Assembly: GCA_938010045.1 (NCBI GenBank) | Contig: CALLFZ010000004.1 | Location: 28,107-92,106 of the forward strand | Source: an uncultured bacterium | Lineage (GTDB): Bacteria; Verrucomicrobiota; Kiritimatiellia; PWTM01 | Length of the DNA stretch: 64,000 nt | Direction: 5' to 3' | Shown here: positions 1 to 9,585 of the stretch, in pieces | Layout: every line of letters starts with the position of its first letter | Position numbering within the stretch: the first letter of the stretch is position 1 | Position numbers and translations under genes: made by a program | Notes under the pieces: model-generated | What the model saw: only the letters and a program-made list of their open reading frames with translations | The model's database searches: none | Told to the model about the DNA's origin: nothing

Positions 1-1256
1 GCGACCCGGATCGTTCGCTTCTCGAACGCGAGCGCGCGGCCGCTCAGAACCGCGGCCAGACGATCCAGACCTTCACCGACTTGCGCAAGTTGTACGAATC
101 GCCCGAGGTCGACGCGGTCTGCATTGCGACCCCCAACCACTGGCACTCGCTGGCTGCCATCTGGGCTCTACAAGCCGGCAAGGATGTCTATGTCGAGAAG
201 CCAATCTCCCACAACATTTGGGAAGGACGCAAACTCGTCGAAGCCGCCCGCAAGTACAACCGTATCGTGATGGTGGGCACCCAGAACCGTTCGAACGAGG
301 GGCTGGCCGCCGCGTTCCGGCACATCGCGGAGGGACACCTCGGGCCCATCCGGCTGGTGCGCGGTTTCTGCTACAAGCGGCGTCCCTCCATCGGCAAGGT
401 CTCCGGTCCGCAGCCGATCCCGCCGGAGGTGGACTATGACCTCTGGTGCGGGCCCGCACCGAAGGGACCACTGATGCGCCAGCGCCTGCATTACGACTGG
501 CACTGGGTCTGGGAAACCGGCAACGGCGACATCGGTAACCAAGGCATTCATGAATTGGACATGTGCCGGTGGGCGCTCGGCGACCCGCCCGCCCCGCGCC
601 GTGTCATCTGCATCGGCGGCCGCTACGTCTACGACGACGACGCGACCACGCCAAACACACAGATCGCATTCTACGACTTCGAAACGGCGCCTGTACTCTT
701 CGAGGTCCGCGGCCTGCCCATGACCACTGGCATGGAAACGATGGATCATTATCGCGGCATTCGGATCGGCATCGTCATCGAATGCGAAGGCGGATGGTAC
801 GCCGGCGGACAAGGCGGCGGCTGGACGTACGACCGCGACGGCCAGAAAGTGCAGCAGTTCCCGGCCGCAGGGACCGAGCGCCACATCGAGCACTTCATCG
901 AGGCGGTGCGCAGCCGCGATGCGCGCCACATCACTGCCCCGATTGAGGGCGGCCACCTCTCAAGCGCCCTGCCTCACATGGCCAACATCTCCTACCGCCT
1001 CGGCCGGCAGCTCCACCCAGATGCCGTCCGCGAGGAGATCCGCTCCCTGCCCGGCGGCGAGGAGGCGTTTCAACGGTTCGCCGAGCATTTGCGCGCGAAC
1101 GATGTTGATCTGGACAAGGATCGCGTCGTTCTCGGCCCGATGCTGGACTACGACGCCACGGCCGAGCGCTTCCGGGGCTTGTGGACCGGCCGGCGCGCCA
1201 ACCGCCTTCTCTCGCGGGAGTACCGGCCGCCCTACGTCGTGCCAGAACAGGTCTGA
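1..1256 (+). CDS. Gfo/Idh/MocA-family NAD-dependent oxidoreductase, 5' end off-window
   Basis: The frame is open from nt 3 (..IQTFTDLRKLYESPEVDAVCIATPNHWH..). The Rossmann-fold motifs AVCIATPNHWH and EKP match the family. It is a paralog (~60% identity by eye) of the TAT-signal oxidoreductase at 39954-41318. Confidence 0.8.
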   Translation, partial: DPDRSLLERERAAAQNRGQTIQTFTDLRKLYESPEVDAVCIATPNHWHSLAAIWALQAGKDVYVEKPISHNIWEGRKLVEAARKYNRIVMVGTQNRSNEGLAAAFRHIAEGHLGPIRLVRGFCYKRRPSIGKVSGPQPIPPEVDYDLWCGPAPKGPLMRQRLHYDWHWVWETGNGDIGNQGIHELDMCRWALGDPPAPRRVICIGGRYVYDDDATTPNTQIAFYDFETAPVLFEVRGLPMTTGMETMDHYRGIRIGIVIECEGGWYAGGQGGGWTYDRDGQKVQQFPAAGTERHIEHFIEAVRSRDARHITAPIEGGHLSSALPHMANISYRLGRQLHPDAVREEIRSLPGGEEAFQRFAEHLRANDVDLDKDRVVLGPMLDYDATAERFRGLWTGRRANRLLSREYRPPYVVPEQV

Positions 1257-1428
1257 CCGCCGTCCGGCCCGCCCAACGACCGCCCGTCCGCGGCCCCAAC
1301 TGCGGGTCGCCCGGCTCGGTTTTTTGACTCGTGGGCGATACAATCCGCAACCGGACGATCTTCCAGGCCCGAGCGCCGAGTGGGCAGGTTCGGTTCGCCC
1401 ACCCGCGGGGCCGAGCGGAGGATGAGCC

Positions 1429-1746
1429 ATGGGCTTCTTTCGAAAGTGGCACGATGTGGCGGCGGAGTCGGATTTCACCGAGACCGACCGGCAGGTGGTC
1501 GTCGCAGACGGCGAGCAGATTCTGCTCGTGAAAGACGGCGACCGGATTCACGCCGTGTCCGCGATCTGCACCCACGAATACGCCCAGATGGTCGGCGGCA
1601 CGGTGTCGGGACATGAGATCGAGTGTCCTCTGCACGGCGCACGGTTCGACCTTCGCACCGGCACGAACCTCACACCGCCCGCGACGCGACCGCTCGAAGT
1701 CTTTGAGACGAAAGTCGAGAACGGCCGCGTTTGGGTTCGGGTCTGA
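1429..1746 (+). CDS. Rieske [2Fe-2S] ferredoxin-like small protein
   Basis: Contains CTHEY...(16 aa)...CPLH, the CXH-X16-CXXH Rieske motif. At 105 aa it is the size of NirD or a dioxygenase ferredoxin subunit. Confidence 0.75.
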   Translation: MGFFRKWHDVAAESDFTETDRQVVVADGEQILLVKDGDRIHAVSAICTHEYAQMVGGTVSGHEIECPLHGARFDLRTGTNLTPPATRPLEVFETKVENGRVWVRV

Positions 1747-1753
1747 TGGTCCG

Positions 1754-2029
1754 ATGCGCCGGCCGGTCGAATGGGTCGAACACGACGCGGAAGGTTGGCG
1801 CGTCCGCATTCGTGTTGTGTTTCACGGAACCCACTCGATCTCTTGGGCCCGGCGGCGCGATGACGAAGAATGCTGGACCCATGGAGTTGAGCCCACGCTC
1901 GAGCAGTGGGATTTTCTTCTGCGGAAGGTAGAAGACCGCTACCGGCGACGCGCGGCTTCGTGGGAGGATGTGTTGCGCGTGCGGGCGTGGCGGCGGAAGG
2001 CCGGCGGCGGAGCGGCGGCGCAGGATTGA
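1754..2029 (+). CDS. hypothetical Trp-rich small protein
   Basis: An ATG lies 7 nt after the Rieske stop, in frame with ORF 1613..2029. No recognisable domain. Confidence 0.3.
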   Translation: MRRPVEWVEHDAEGWRVRIRVVFHGTHSISWARRRDDEECWTHGVEPTLEQWDFLLRKVEDRYRRRAASWEDVLRVRAWRRKAGGGAAAQD

Positions 2030-2087
2030 CTTGCTGGGCCCGGCGGCGGAGACTCATGAACAGGCCGAAGACCCGGTTCATCGATCC

Positions 2088-2477
2088 ATGCAGCGAATCA
2101 TGTTGAAATCCAAAATCCACCGCGCGGTCGTGACCGCGGTGGACCTGCACTACGAAGGCAGCCTCGCGCTCGACGAGGCGCTGCTTCGCGCCGCAGACAT
2201 CGCGCCGGGCGAGCAGGTGCATGTGTATAATGTCGCGAACGGGCAGCGTTGGATCACCTATGCCATCCCCGCGCCGGCCGGTTCGGGCACCGTGATGCTG
2301 AACGGCGCCGCCGCTCGGCTCGGCGTGCCTGGCGACCCGCTGATCATCGCGACGTTCGCCGTGATGGAGGATCGTGAAGTGGGGACGTTCCGTCCCACCA
2401 TCGTCCAGGTCGCGCCGGGCAACCGCGTCGGCCGCCGGCCACGCCGGGCCCGGAACGATGAGGAGCAGACACGATGA
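2088..2477 (+). CDS. panD: aspartate 1-decarboxylase
   Basis: MLKSKIHRAVVTAVDLHYEGSLALDE...YAIPA..GSGTVMLNGAAARL...IIATFAVME closely matches the PanD pyruvoyl-enzyme consensus (KIHRA, LHYEGS, NGAAA). Confidence 0.9.
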   Translation: MQRIMLKSKIHRAVVTAVDLHYEGSLALDEALLRAADIAPGEQVHVYNVANGQRWITYAIPAPAGSGTVMLNGAAARLGVPGDPLIIATFAVMEDREVGTFRPTIVQVAPGNRVGRRPRRARNDEEQTR

Positions 2478-3271
2478 ACGTCCGGTTCTGGATCGCGGCG
2501 GGCATGGCGTTCGCCGCTACGATCGCGCCGGCCCGCACGTGGACCAGCGCCAGCGGCAACACGGTTGAGGCGGAGTTCAAGGCGCTGCAAGGCGTTATGG
2601 TCATCCTCGAATCGGCCGACGGTAAACGCCTCATGATTCCGCTGTCGCAGCTCAGCGCCGAGGATCAGCAGTTCGTGCGGGAACAGGCGGGCCCCAAACC
2701 GCCCGCCATACCGTCCCTGCCCCCCCGCCACACGAGGGAGCCGCATTCCTCCCGTACCGCCCCAGTGCCCTCCTCCACCCCGGCCGTGCTGACCAGCCCA
2801 GCCAGCGCGAAAAAAGATTCGAAAGAGGGCAAGGGCACGCCTCTGACTGAGGCGGAGATCGCCGCCTTCAAGCGCGAGATCACCGATGAACGTTCCGGTG
2901 ACAAGTACGAGTTCGTCGGGGGCATGACCGTGAAGAAGTTTTTGGGCGATAAGGAGCCCAACTGGAAAGAGGGCGATCCGATCCCGTTGATCATCACCTG
3001 CGAGCTGGTCCGCGTTCGAACGAAGAAAGATGGCACCGCCGAACGGAAGCGCGAAACCGGGACCGCCGAATTTTATGTGGTGGATGAGGCCGGAACCGTC
3101 CTGTTCCGTAAGAAAGAACGGCTCGATGCGCTCGAGCCCGAACCCGATAAAGGCTACAAGGACGAACTTCCGAAGCCGGGCAAGTACACGCTGGTGATCT
3201 GGACCGATTTCAAAGGCACTCGGCTGGGAATGACCGAGACTGCCCAGGTGCGCCCACCCGTGCGGCGGTGA
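2474..3271 (+). CDS. secreted SHD1 (SLA1-homology) domain protein
   Basis: ATGA overlap with the panD stop. Has a signal peptide. WTSASGNTVEAEFKALQGVMVILESADGKRLMIPLSQLSAEDQQFV resembles the SHD1 motif seen in Verrucomicrobia/Planctomycetes proteins. Confidence 0.6.
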   Translation: MNVRFWIAAGMAFAATIAPARTWTSASGNTVEAEFKALQGVMVILESADGKRLMIPLSQLSAEDQQFVREQAGPKPPAIPSLPPRHTREPHSSRTAPVPSSTPAVLTSPASAKKDSKEGKGTPLTEAEIAAFKREITDERSGDKYEFVGGMTVKKFLGDKEPNWKEGDPIPLIITCELVRVRTKKDGTAERKRETGTAEFYVVDEAGTVLFRKKERLDALEPEPDKGYKDELPKPGKYTLVIWTDFKGTRLGMTETAQVRPPVRR

Positions 3272-3692
3272 CCCGCGCCTTCGACGGCCCGCGGCACAAC
3301 ACGTCGGCCGGTTCAGAATCCTTCCCGCTCTGGCTTGACTCTCGGATCTGATGCGCGACCGGAAGCACGCCGAGAGCCCGCGACCTTTCCCGGGGAGCAG
3401 ATGGGTCCCGCCCTTGGAACAGGGGCCCCACGTCCGTCCAAGCCATGGAAAGCTCTCCTCCGCGACCCGAAATCGTCCTGTTGACCCCACGCCCCATGGG
3501 TTGGTTCTCCAGCGAGCGAACTTCATATGCGGCGCCTGCAGCTGCCGGTGTTCGCGGGCGCAGCCTGTGCCCAGCCACGCGGTGATGCCGCCGTCGCGAC
3601 GGCATTTTGACGGCCGCCGAAGGCTGTGATAGCGTGCATCTCGGTCGGGATACGGCATCTGCTGTTGCCGGCCGACGATCCCTCTGGCGGAG

Positions 3693-4010
3693 GTGGAAAC
3701 CGTGAGGCGGAAGTTCATCGAGCCGGACGATGACCTCGGTGGGCCCTGCGATGTCCATGGCCAGCAGGGGCTCGCGGTGTGCGCGTTGTGTGGGGCCGAG
3801 TTTTGCGCGATGTGCTTTCCGGGCAGCGAACTCTGCCCCCACTGTGCCGCCGAGGCGGAGGATGCCTCGCTGGGCGAGGACTTCGACGGCGCGGCTGAGG
3901 ACTCCTGGTCCGACGAAGACCCACTCGCGGCCGCAGATGAGGAGGACGAGTGGAATCTGGAGGAGGACCAGCCGCCCGACGAGGACGAGGACGCTCCCCG
4001 CCGCTGGTGA
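3693..4010 (+). CDS. small zinc-ribbon (2x CxxC) protein with acidic C-terminal tail
   Basis: CALCGAEFCAMC...CPHC followed by a D/E-rich tail. Lies directly upstream of mutS; the GTG start is uncertain. Confidence 0.35.
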   Translation: METVRRKFIEPDDDLGGPCDVHGQQGLAVCALCGAEFCAMCFPGSELCPHCAAEAEDASLGEDFDGAAEDSWSDEDPLAAADEEDEWNLEEDQPPDEDEDAPRRW

Positions 4011-4031
4011 TGTTCCTCGCCGCGGCCTCCC

Positions 4032-6539
4032 ATGACTGATCAACTGACGCCGATGATGGCGCAGTATCGGCGCCTGCGCGCTGGGCTACCTGCCGACACC
4101 ATCCTCTTTTTCCGACTGGGCGATTTCTATGAAATGTTCGGTGAGGACGCGATCCGCGCGGCGGGCATCCTCGATATCGCGCTCACGCGCCGGCAGGCGA
4201 TCCCGATGTGCGGGGTGCCGTACCACGCCGCGGATTCCTATATCGCCAAACTGCTCGCCGCGGGTCTGAAGGTCGCCGTCTGCGATCAATTGGAAGATCC
4301 CTCGACGGCGAAGGGACTCGTCCGCCGCGACATCACGCGCGTCGTCACGCCGGGGGCTCGGATTGAGGACGAACTCCTCGAGTCACGGCAGCACAACTGG
4401 CTTGCCGGTCTCTGCGGCGGGGCGGCCGGCTGGGGACTGGCGATGCTCGAACTCTCGACCGGCGAATTCTGGGTCGAGGAGAGCGAATCCACCGAGCCAA
4501 TCCGCGAGCTGTTGGCGAAGTACCGGCCCGCGGAAGTCGTGGTGCCGGAGGACATGGCCGAGCCTCCGATCCCCGCGGTCGGCGGTGCCGCGCCCATGCT
4601 GACCCGTCTCGACGCCTGGCGGTTCGACCCGGCTTCGGCGCGCGAGGCGCTGCTGCGTCACTTCGGCGTGGTTTCGCTGGACGGTTTCGACTGCGAGGGC
4701 GCTCCGATGGCGGTGGCCGCCGCGGGCGCGGTGTTGCACTATGTGACGGCCGATCTGCGCCGCAGCGCCGCGCATGTGCGCACGATGTGGCGCCGCCGCT
4801 CGTCCGATGACCTCGTGCTCGATGAGGCCACGATCGCGAACCTCGAGCTGGTGATATCCCGCTCGGGCCCCTCCGGGCCGACCCTGCTGCGCGTGCTCGA
4901 TGTCACCTGTACGCCGATGGGCACGCGGCGCCTCCGCGACTGGTTGCTGCGCCCCCTCGCCAACCGCGCCGCGATCGAGGCGCGGCATGAGACCGTCGCC
5001 GCACTGATCGCACGGCGCGACGCGCTGCGCCGCCTGCGAGAAGCGCTCGGCGGCATCCGCGACATGGAGCGTATCGTCGCGCGGCTGGGCGGCGGCGGCA
5101 CCGCGCGGGACGCGCGCGCGCTCGCCGATTCGCTGCGGCGCCTACCGGACGTTCGGACCGTGGCCGCCTCGCTCGGCACACCGCTGGCCGACCGCCTCGC
5201 GGCCGACGTGGATCCAATGCCCGACCTGCTCGATCGGATGGATCGGACGCTCGTGGACGAACCGCCCGCCGCGCTGCGCGAGGGCGGTCTGATCCGGCCC
5301 GGATTTCACCCGGAGCTCGATGAGCTGCGACGGGCCGCCGCCGAGGGTCGCGACTGGATCGCTCGCTTCCAGGCCCACGAGCAGCAGCGCACCGGCATCC
5401 GTTCCCTGAAGGTACGGCACAACCGAGTCTTCGGCTACTACATCGAGGTCACCCGCGCAAACCTTGGCGCGGTGCCGCCGGACTACATCCGAAAGCAGAC
5501 GCTCGCGAACGGTGAGCGGTTCGTCACGCCCGAGCTCAAGGAATACGAAAACCGCATCCTCGGCGCTCAGGAACGCGCGATCGAACTTGAGTTTGAGCTC
5601 TTCCAAGAGCTGCGCTCGGAAATCGTCGCCCGCAGCGATGGACTTTTGCGCGCCGCGGCTGCGGTGGCGGCGCTCGACGTGATGGCCGCGTTCGCCGACC
5701 GCGCGATCGCGCGGCGCTACGTTCGCCCCCGGATGCACGAGGGTGACCGGCTACGCATTCGCGGCGGCCGCCACCCGGTGATCGAGACGCTGCCCGAGGC
5801 GGAGCGCTTCGTGCCGAACGACACGCTGCTTGACACCAGCGCCCACCAGATCGCGATCATCACGGGGCCCAACATGGCCGGCAAATCCACCTACATCCGC
5901 CAGGTCGCGCTGATCACGATCCTCGCGCACGTCGGCTCCTTCGTGCCCGCGGAGGAGGCCGAGATCCCGATCACCGACCGCGTGTTCACCCGCGTCGGCG
6001 CGGGCGACGACCTGGCGCGCGGCCGCAGCACCTTCATGGTCGAGATGCAGGAAACCGCCAACATCCTGAACCACGCGACGCCGCGCAGCCTAATTGTGCT
6101 CGACGAGATCGGCCGCGGCACCAGCACGTTTGACGGCATCAGCCTGGCGTGGGCCGTGGCCGAATACCTGCACAACACGCCCGAGGTCAAAGCGAAAACA
6201 CTCTTCGCGACGCACTACCACGAGCTCACCGACCTCGCGCTCACGCTGCCCGGCGTGAAGAACTACAACGTGCGCATCCGTGAGCAGGGCGATCACATCG
6301 CGTTTCTGCGCCGCATCGAGCCCGGTGCGGCCGACAAGAGCTACGGGATCCACGTCGCCCGGCTCGCCGGTTTGCCGCCCGCCGTGATCGAGCGCGCCCA
6401 GGAAATTCTCGTCAATCTCGAAGAGGGCGAGTTCGCGGACGCGGGGCAGCCGCGGCTCGCACGCCGGCGCACCCGCCGGTCCGCCGCCCTGAACGACCGC
6501 GGGCGTGAGCTGCCGCTCTTCGATGAGGGCGACGGCTGA
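4032..6539 (+). CDS. mutS: DNA mismatch repair protein MutS
   Basis: 835 aa. Has the N-terminal mismatch-binding motif GDFYEMFGEDA and a Walker A motif (GPNMAGKST), giving the full MutS architecture. Confidence 0.95.
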   Translation: MTDQLTPMMAQYRRLRAGLPADTILFFRLGDFYEMFGEDAIRAAGILDIALTRRQAIPMCGVPYHAADSYIAKLLAAGLKVAVCDQLEDPSTAKGLVRRDITRVVTPGARIEDELLESRQHNWLAGLCGGAAGWGLAMLELSTGEFWVEESESTEPIRELLAKYRPAEVVVPEDMAEPPIPAVGGAAPMLTRLDAWRFDPASAREALLRHFGVVSLDGFDCEGAPMAVAAAGAVLHYVTADLRRSAAHVRTMWRRRSSDDLVLDEATIANLELVISRSGPSGPTLLRVLDVTCTPMGTRRLRDWLLRPLANRAAIEARHETVAALIARRDALRRLREALGGIRDMERIVARLGGGGTARDARALADSLRRLPDVRTVAASLGTPLADRLAADVDPMPDLLDRMDRTLVDEPPAALREGGLIRPGFHPELDELRRAAAEGRDWIARFQAHEQQRTGIRSLKVRHNRVFGYYIEVTRANLGAVPPDYIRKQTLANGERFVTPELKEYENRILGAQERAIELEFELFQELRSEIVARSDGLLRAAAAVAALDVMAAFADRAIARRYVRPRMHEGDRLRIRGGRHPVIETLPEAERFVPNDTLLDTSAHQIAIITGPNMAGKSTYIRQVALITILAHVGSFVPAEEAEIPITDRVFTRVGAGDDLARGRSTFMVEMQETANILNHATPRSLIVLDEIGRGTSTFDGISLAWAVAEYLHNTPEVKAKTLFATHYHELTDLALTLPGVKNYNVRIREQGDHIAFLRRIEPGAADKSYGIHVARLAGLPPAVIERAQEILVNLEEGEFADAGQPRLARRRTRRSAALNDRGRELPLFDEGDG

Positions 6540-6602
6540 GCGTGTCCAACCCGGACCGCCGCGCGGAAGATGGGTCAGAACGGTCCACGGGAGTCCGAAG
6601 CG

Positions 6603-7451
6603 ATGATCATCATCGAACCGCACATTCACATGTACACGCGCACGACCGACGACTACACCGCGATGTACCGCGAGGGCATCCGTTGTGTCGTGGAGCCGTC
6701 CTTCTGGCTCGGCTCTGCGCGGCGCTACGCGGGAACGTTCTGGGACTACTTCCGACACAGCCTTGAGTTCGAGGCCGTGCGCGCGGAGCGGTATGGGATT
6801 GATCACTTCGCGTGCGTCGCGGTGAACCCGAAAGAGGCGGAAGATCGCGCGCTGGCCCACGAAGTGCTCGACGGCATCGGGCCGTACCTCGACCATCCGC
6901 GCTGCGTCGCGATCGGCGAGATTGGCTTCAACCGGATCACGCGCAACGAGGAGGAGATGTTCCTGCGACAGCTCGAGATGGCGAAGGCGCGCGGCATGCT
7001 GATCCTGATTCACACGCCGCACGATACGCCCGAGGTGCGCAAGCGGGATGGCGTCGAGCGGACACTCGCGATCCTGCGCGAGCTCAACTACGACGAGGGG
7101 CGGATCATTGTCGACCACAACACGGAGGACACGATGGACCTGACGCGGCGCACCGGCGTCTGGGCGGGCATGACCGTGTATCCATACTCGAAGCTCAACC
7201 CTGAGCGGGTGGTCCACCTGCTGCGCCGATGGGGTATCGAGCGTTCGCTCGTGAATAGCTCGGCGGACTGGGGCGTCTCCGATCCCTGCTCGCTGCCGAA
7301 AGTCGCCCGCCACATGCGCGAACACGGTTTCACCGCCGAGCAGATCGAGCAACTGCTGTTCCACAACCCGATGGCTTTCTATGGCCAGTGCGATCGGTTC
7401 CGGCCGCGGCTCGACCTGCCGTATCAGGATCCCTCGCTGTACCAGCGGTGA
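6603..7451 (+). CDS. TatD-family / amidohydrolase-like metal-dependent hydrolase
   Basis: N-terminal HxH (IIIEPHIHM) and an ILIHTPHD motif, ~280 aa. The internal start at MIIIEP was chosen over the ORF start. Confidence 0.55.
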   Translation: MIIIEPHIHMYTRTTDDYTAMYREGIRCVVEPSFWLGSARRYAGTFWDYFRHSLEFEAVRAERYGIDHFACVAVNPKEAEDRALAHEVLDGIGPYLDHPRCVAIGEIGFNRITRNEEEMFLRQLEMAKARGMLILIHTPHDTPEVRKRDGVERTLAILRELNYDEGRIIVDHNTEDTMDLTRRTGVWAGMTVYPYSKLNPERVVHLLRRWGIERSLVNSSADWGVSDPCSLPKVARHMREHGFTAEQIEQLLFHNPMAFYGQCDRFRPRLDLPYQDPSLYQR

Positions 7452-8179
7452 ACCCGCTGGGGCGACGTCTTGAGCTGTGGCTGCGCGAACTGCGCGCGGT
7501 GAACCTGCTCACCGTGCCGGGCGATCCATTGGCCGGTGCGGTGCTGGCCGCGGCGGGCGCGAGGTTGCGCCCGGGGCCGGTTGCGGCCGCCATGGGCGCC
7601 GCGATGGCGCTCTATGCGGCCGGCATTTTGGACAACGACCTCACCGGCCTCGAGGAGGATCGCCGCCTCGGCCGGTCGCGACCGCTCGCGACCGGCGAGC
7701 TTCCCATCGGGGCCGCTCGTCGGGTCCGGGCGATGTTGTTCGTCGCCGGCCTGATGCTCGCCGCACTGGGAGGATGGCGGACCGCGGCGTTGGCCTTCGT
7801 GCTCGTCGGCTCCGTTCTCGCGTACCACCGCCCCCGGCGGCGCCACGCCTGGATGGGGCCCCTGCTGCTGGGTTCGTGTCGCGCGTTCAGCCTCCTCATG
7901 GGAGCGGTGGCGCAAACGGGCGGTCCACCCGGCCCCTACGCCATGGTCGCCGCGGCCGTCTGGCTGTTGCTCATCGCCGCACTCTCGGTGGCCGCGCGCG
8001 AGGAAGCCTCGATTCCGGGCCGGCCGGAGATGATCGGCCGCCTCCTCTGCGCGTGGCCACTCGTCCAGGCGACAGCGGCGATCCTATCGAGGGGGGGCGA
8101 GGCGCCATGGATCGCCGCCGCGCTCGCGTTGGCCGCATCGATCGCGTTGGGGTGGCGTCGCCGCTGGCCTCCCAGTTGA
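7448..8179 (+). CDS. UbiA-family prenyltransferase-like membrane protein
   Basis: GTGA overlap with the previous stop. NDLTGLEEDRRLGRSRPLATGE fits the NDxxDxxxD...RPLxxG UbiA motif. Polytopic hydrophobic sequence. Confidence 0.55.
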   Translation: MNPLGRRLELWLRELRAVNLLTVPGDPLAGAVLAAAGARLRPGPVAAAMGAAMALYAAGILDNDLTGLEEDRRLGRSRPLATGELPIGAARRVRAMLFVAGLMLAALGGWRTAALAFVLVGSVLAYHRPRRRHAWMGPLLLGSCRAFSLLMGAVAQTGGPPGPYAMVAAAVWLLLIAALSVAAREEASIPGRPEMIGRLLCAWPLVQATAAILSRGGEAPWIAAALALAASIALGWRRRWPPS

Positions 8180-8692
8180 ACAAAGGGATCGCCCGTGGCG
8201 CACCGTCAATCCTGTGGAGGAGCCGCCCCGTGGATCGAGTCGAGCGGCGATGCGTCGGGACGGATTCTCCGCACAGAACGCAACGGCCAAAGTGGCGGCG
8301 CAAGATGCCGCCGCATCTCGGGCACGAAACCAACGGAACCCAGCGGCGGCCCTTGGCCACCTCGCTTCTCACGGCCGGATCGGTGATGCGCGCAATTAGG
8401 TCGCGGTCGTCGAGGGCCGTACGGTTCTCGAGGAGCGACCCATCGCGCGGCACACAAGCGCATGCCGCTCGATCGGCGGCGCGAGCCACCCGAAAGGTTG
8501 GCTCCCCCGTCGGCGGGCCACGATGCAGGCGGCGCGCCCGGCGACGGCGGCGGCACGCTGAGGGTCCACGACCGGTGCGCCTGATGGAGCAGCGCTCCAG
8601 ATGGGCGTCGGGTCTGTGATCTTGCTCCCACGGCCGACCGCGGCGCAACGGGGCCCCGCGCGGGCGCCATTCGAACGCGCCGGACCGGCGGC

Positions 8693-9574
8693 TCAGCCGA
8701 ACCGGCCGGTGACGTAGGCGAGCGTCTCGGGCAGGTGGGGCTGCTGAAAGATCGTCGCGGTGGAACCGTACTCGATCAGCCGCCCGAGATACATGAAGGC
8801 GGTATAATCGCTGGTGCGCGCAGCCTGCTGCATGTTGTGCGTCACGATCACAATCGTGTACTCGCCGCGCAAGCCCTCCATGAGCTCCTCGATTTTGTTC
8901 GTCGCGATCGGGTCGAGCGCGGAACAGGGCTCGTCCATCAGCAGCACCTCCGGTTCCGCGGCGATCGCGCGCGCGATGCAGAGCCGCTGCTGCTGGCCGC
9001 CGGAGAGACCCATCGCGCTGTCGTGGAGGCGGTCCTTGACCTCGTCCCAAAGCGCCGCGCCGCGCAGGCTGCGCTCGCAGGCCTCGTCGAGCACGGCGCG
9101 GTCGCGCACGCCATCGATCCGCAGCGGATAGACGACATTCTCGTAGACCGACATCGGAAACGGGTTCGGCTTTTGAAAGACCATTCCCATCCGCTTTCGC
9201 AGATCGATCACATCCACGTGCGGCGCGAAGATGGACTCTCCGTTCAGCAAGATGTCGCCCGTCGTACGCACGGTGTCGACGAGGTCGTTGATGCGGTTGA
9301 TGGAGCGCAGCAGTGTGGACTTGCCGCAGCCCGAGGGGCCGACCAGCGCGGTGATGCGCCCCTTCGGGATGGGCATATGAATTTCAAACAAGGCCTGCTT
9401 GGGCCCGTACCACAAATTGAAGCCCCGCACGTCCACCACGGCGGTTTCGCGACGGAGATCATCATGCAGCTCGGTTTGCACGGCCTCGCCCGCCGCGATG
9501 GCGGCGAGTCGCCCGGCGGCGGAGACAGAGACATCGAGCGTCGTATCGAGCTTCGGCAGTTCGGACAGCGCCAT
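8693..9574 (-). CDS. pstB: phosphate ABC transporter ATP-binding protein
   Basis: Walker [10 protein letters not shown], signature LSGGQQQR, and a PstB-typical C-terminus. Confidence 0.93.
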   Translation of the reverse strand: MALSELPKLDTTLDVSVSAAGRLAAIAAGEAVQTELHDDLRRETAVVDVRGFNLWYGPKQALFEIHMPIPKGRITALVGPSGCGKSTLLRSINRINDLVDTVRTTGDILLNGESIFAPHVDVIDLRKRMGMVFQKPNPFPMSVYENVVYPLRIDGVRDRAVLDEACERSLRGAALWDEVKDRLHDSAMGLSGGQQQRLCIARAIAAEPEVLLMDEPCSALDPIATNKIEELMEGLRGEYTIVIVTHNMQQAARTSDYTAFMYLGRLIEYGSTATIFQQPHLPETLAYVTGRFG

Positions 9575-9585
9575 CGGCAGATCTC

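Noticed and set aside
3330-3370. Sigma-70-like -35 (TTGACT) in the mutS upstream region
   Set aside because: There is no convincing -10 element at proper spacing, and too little evidence to call a promoter.
2258-4033. 591-aa minus-strand ORF, plus 3210..4043
   Set aside because: It overlaps panD, the SHD1 gene and the mutS upstream region on the opposite strand. It is rich in Ser/Arg/Gly with no recognisable domain.
8250-8400. Possible small CxxC...CxxC ORF (..LVSCPRCGGILRRHFGRCVLCGESV..) on the minus strand between pstB and the UbiA-like gene
   Set aside because: It sits in an Arg-rich spurious frame with no start codon or RBS. Cys pairs arise easily by chance in GC-rich sequence. The interval is flagged only as lacking phoU.
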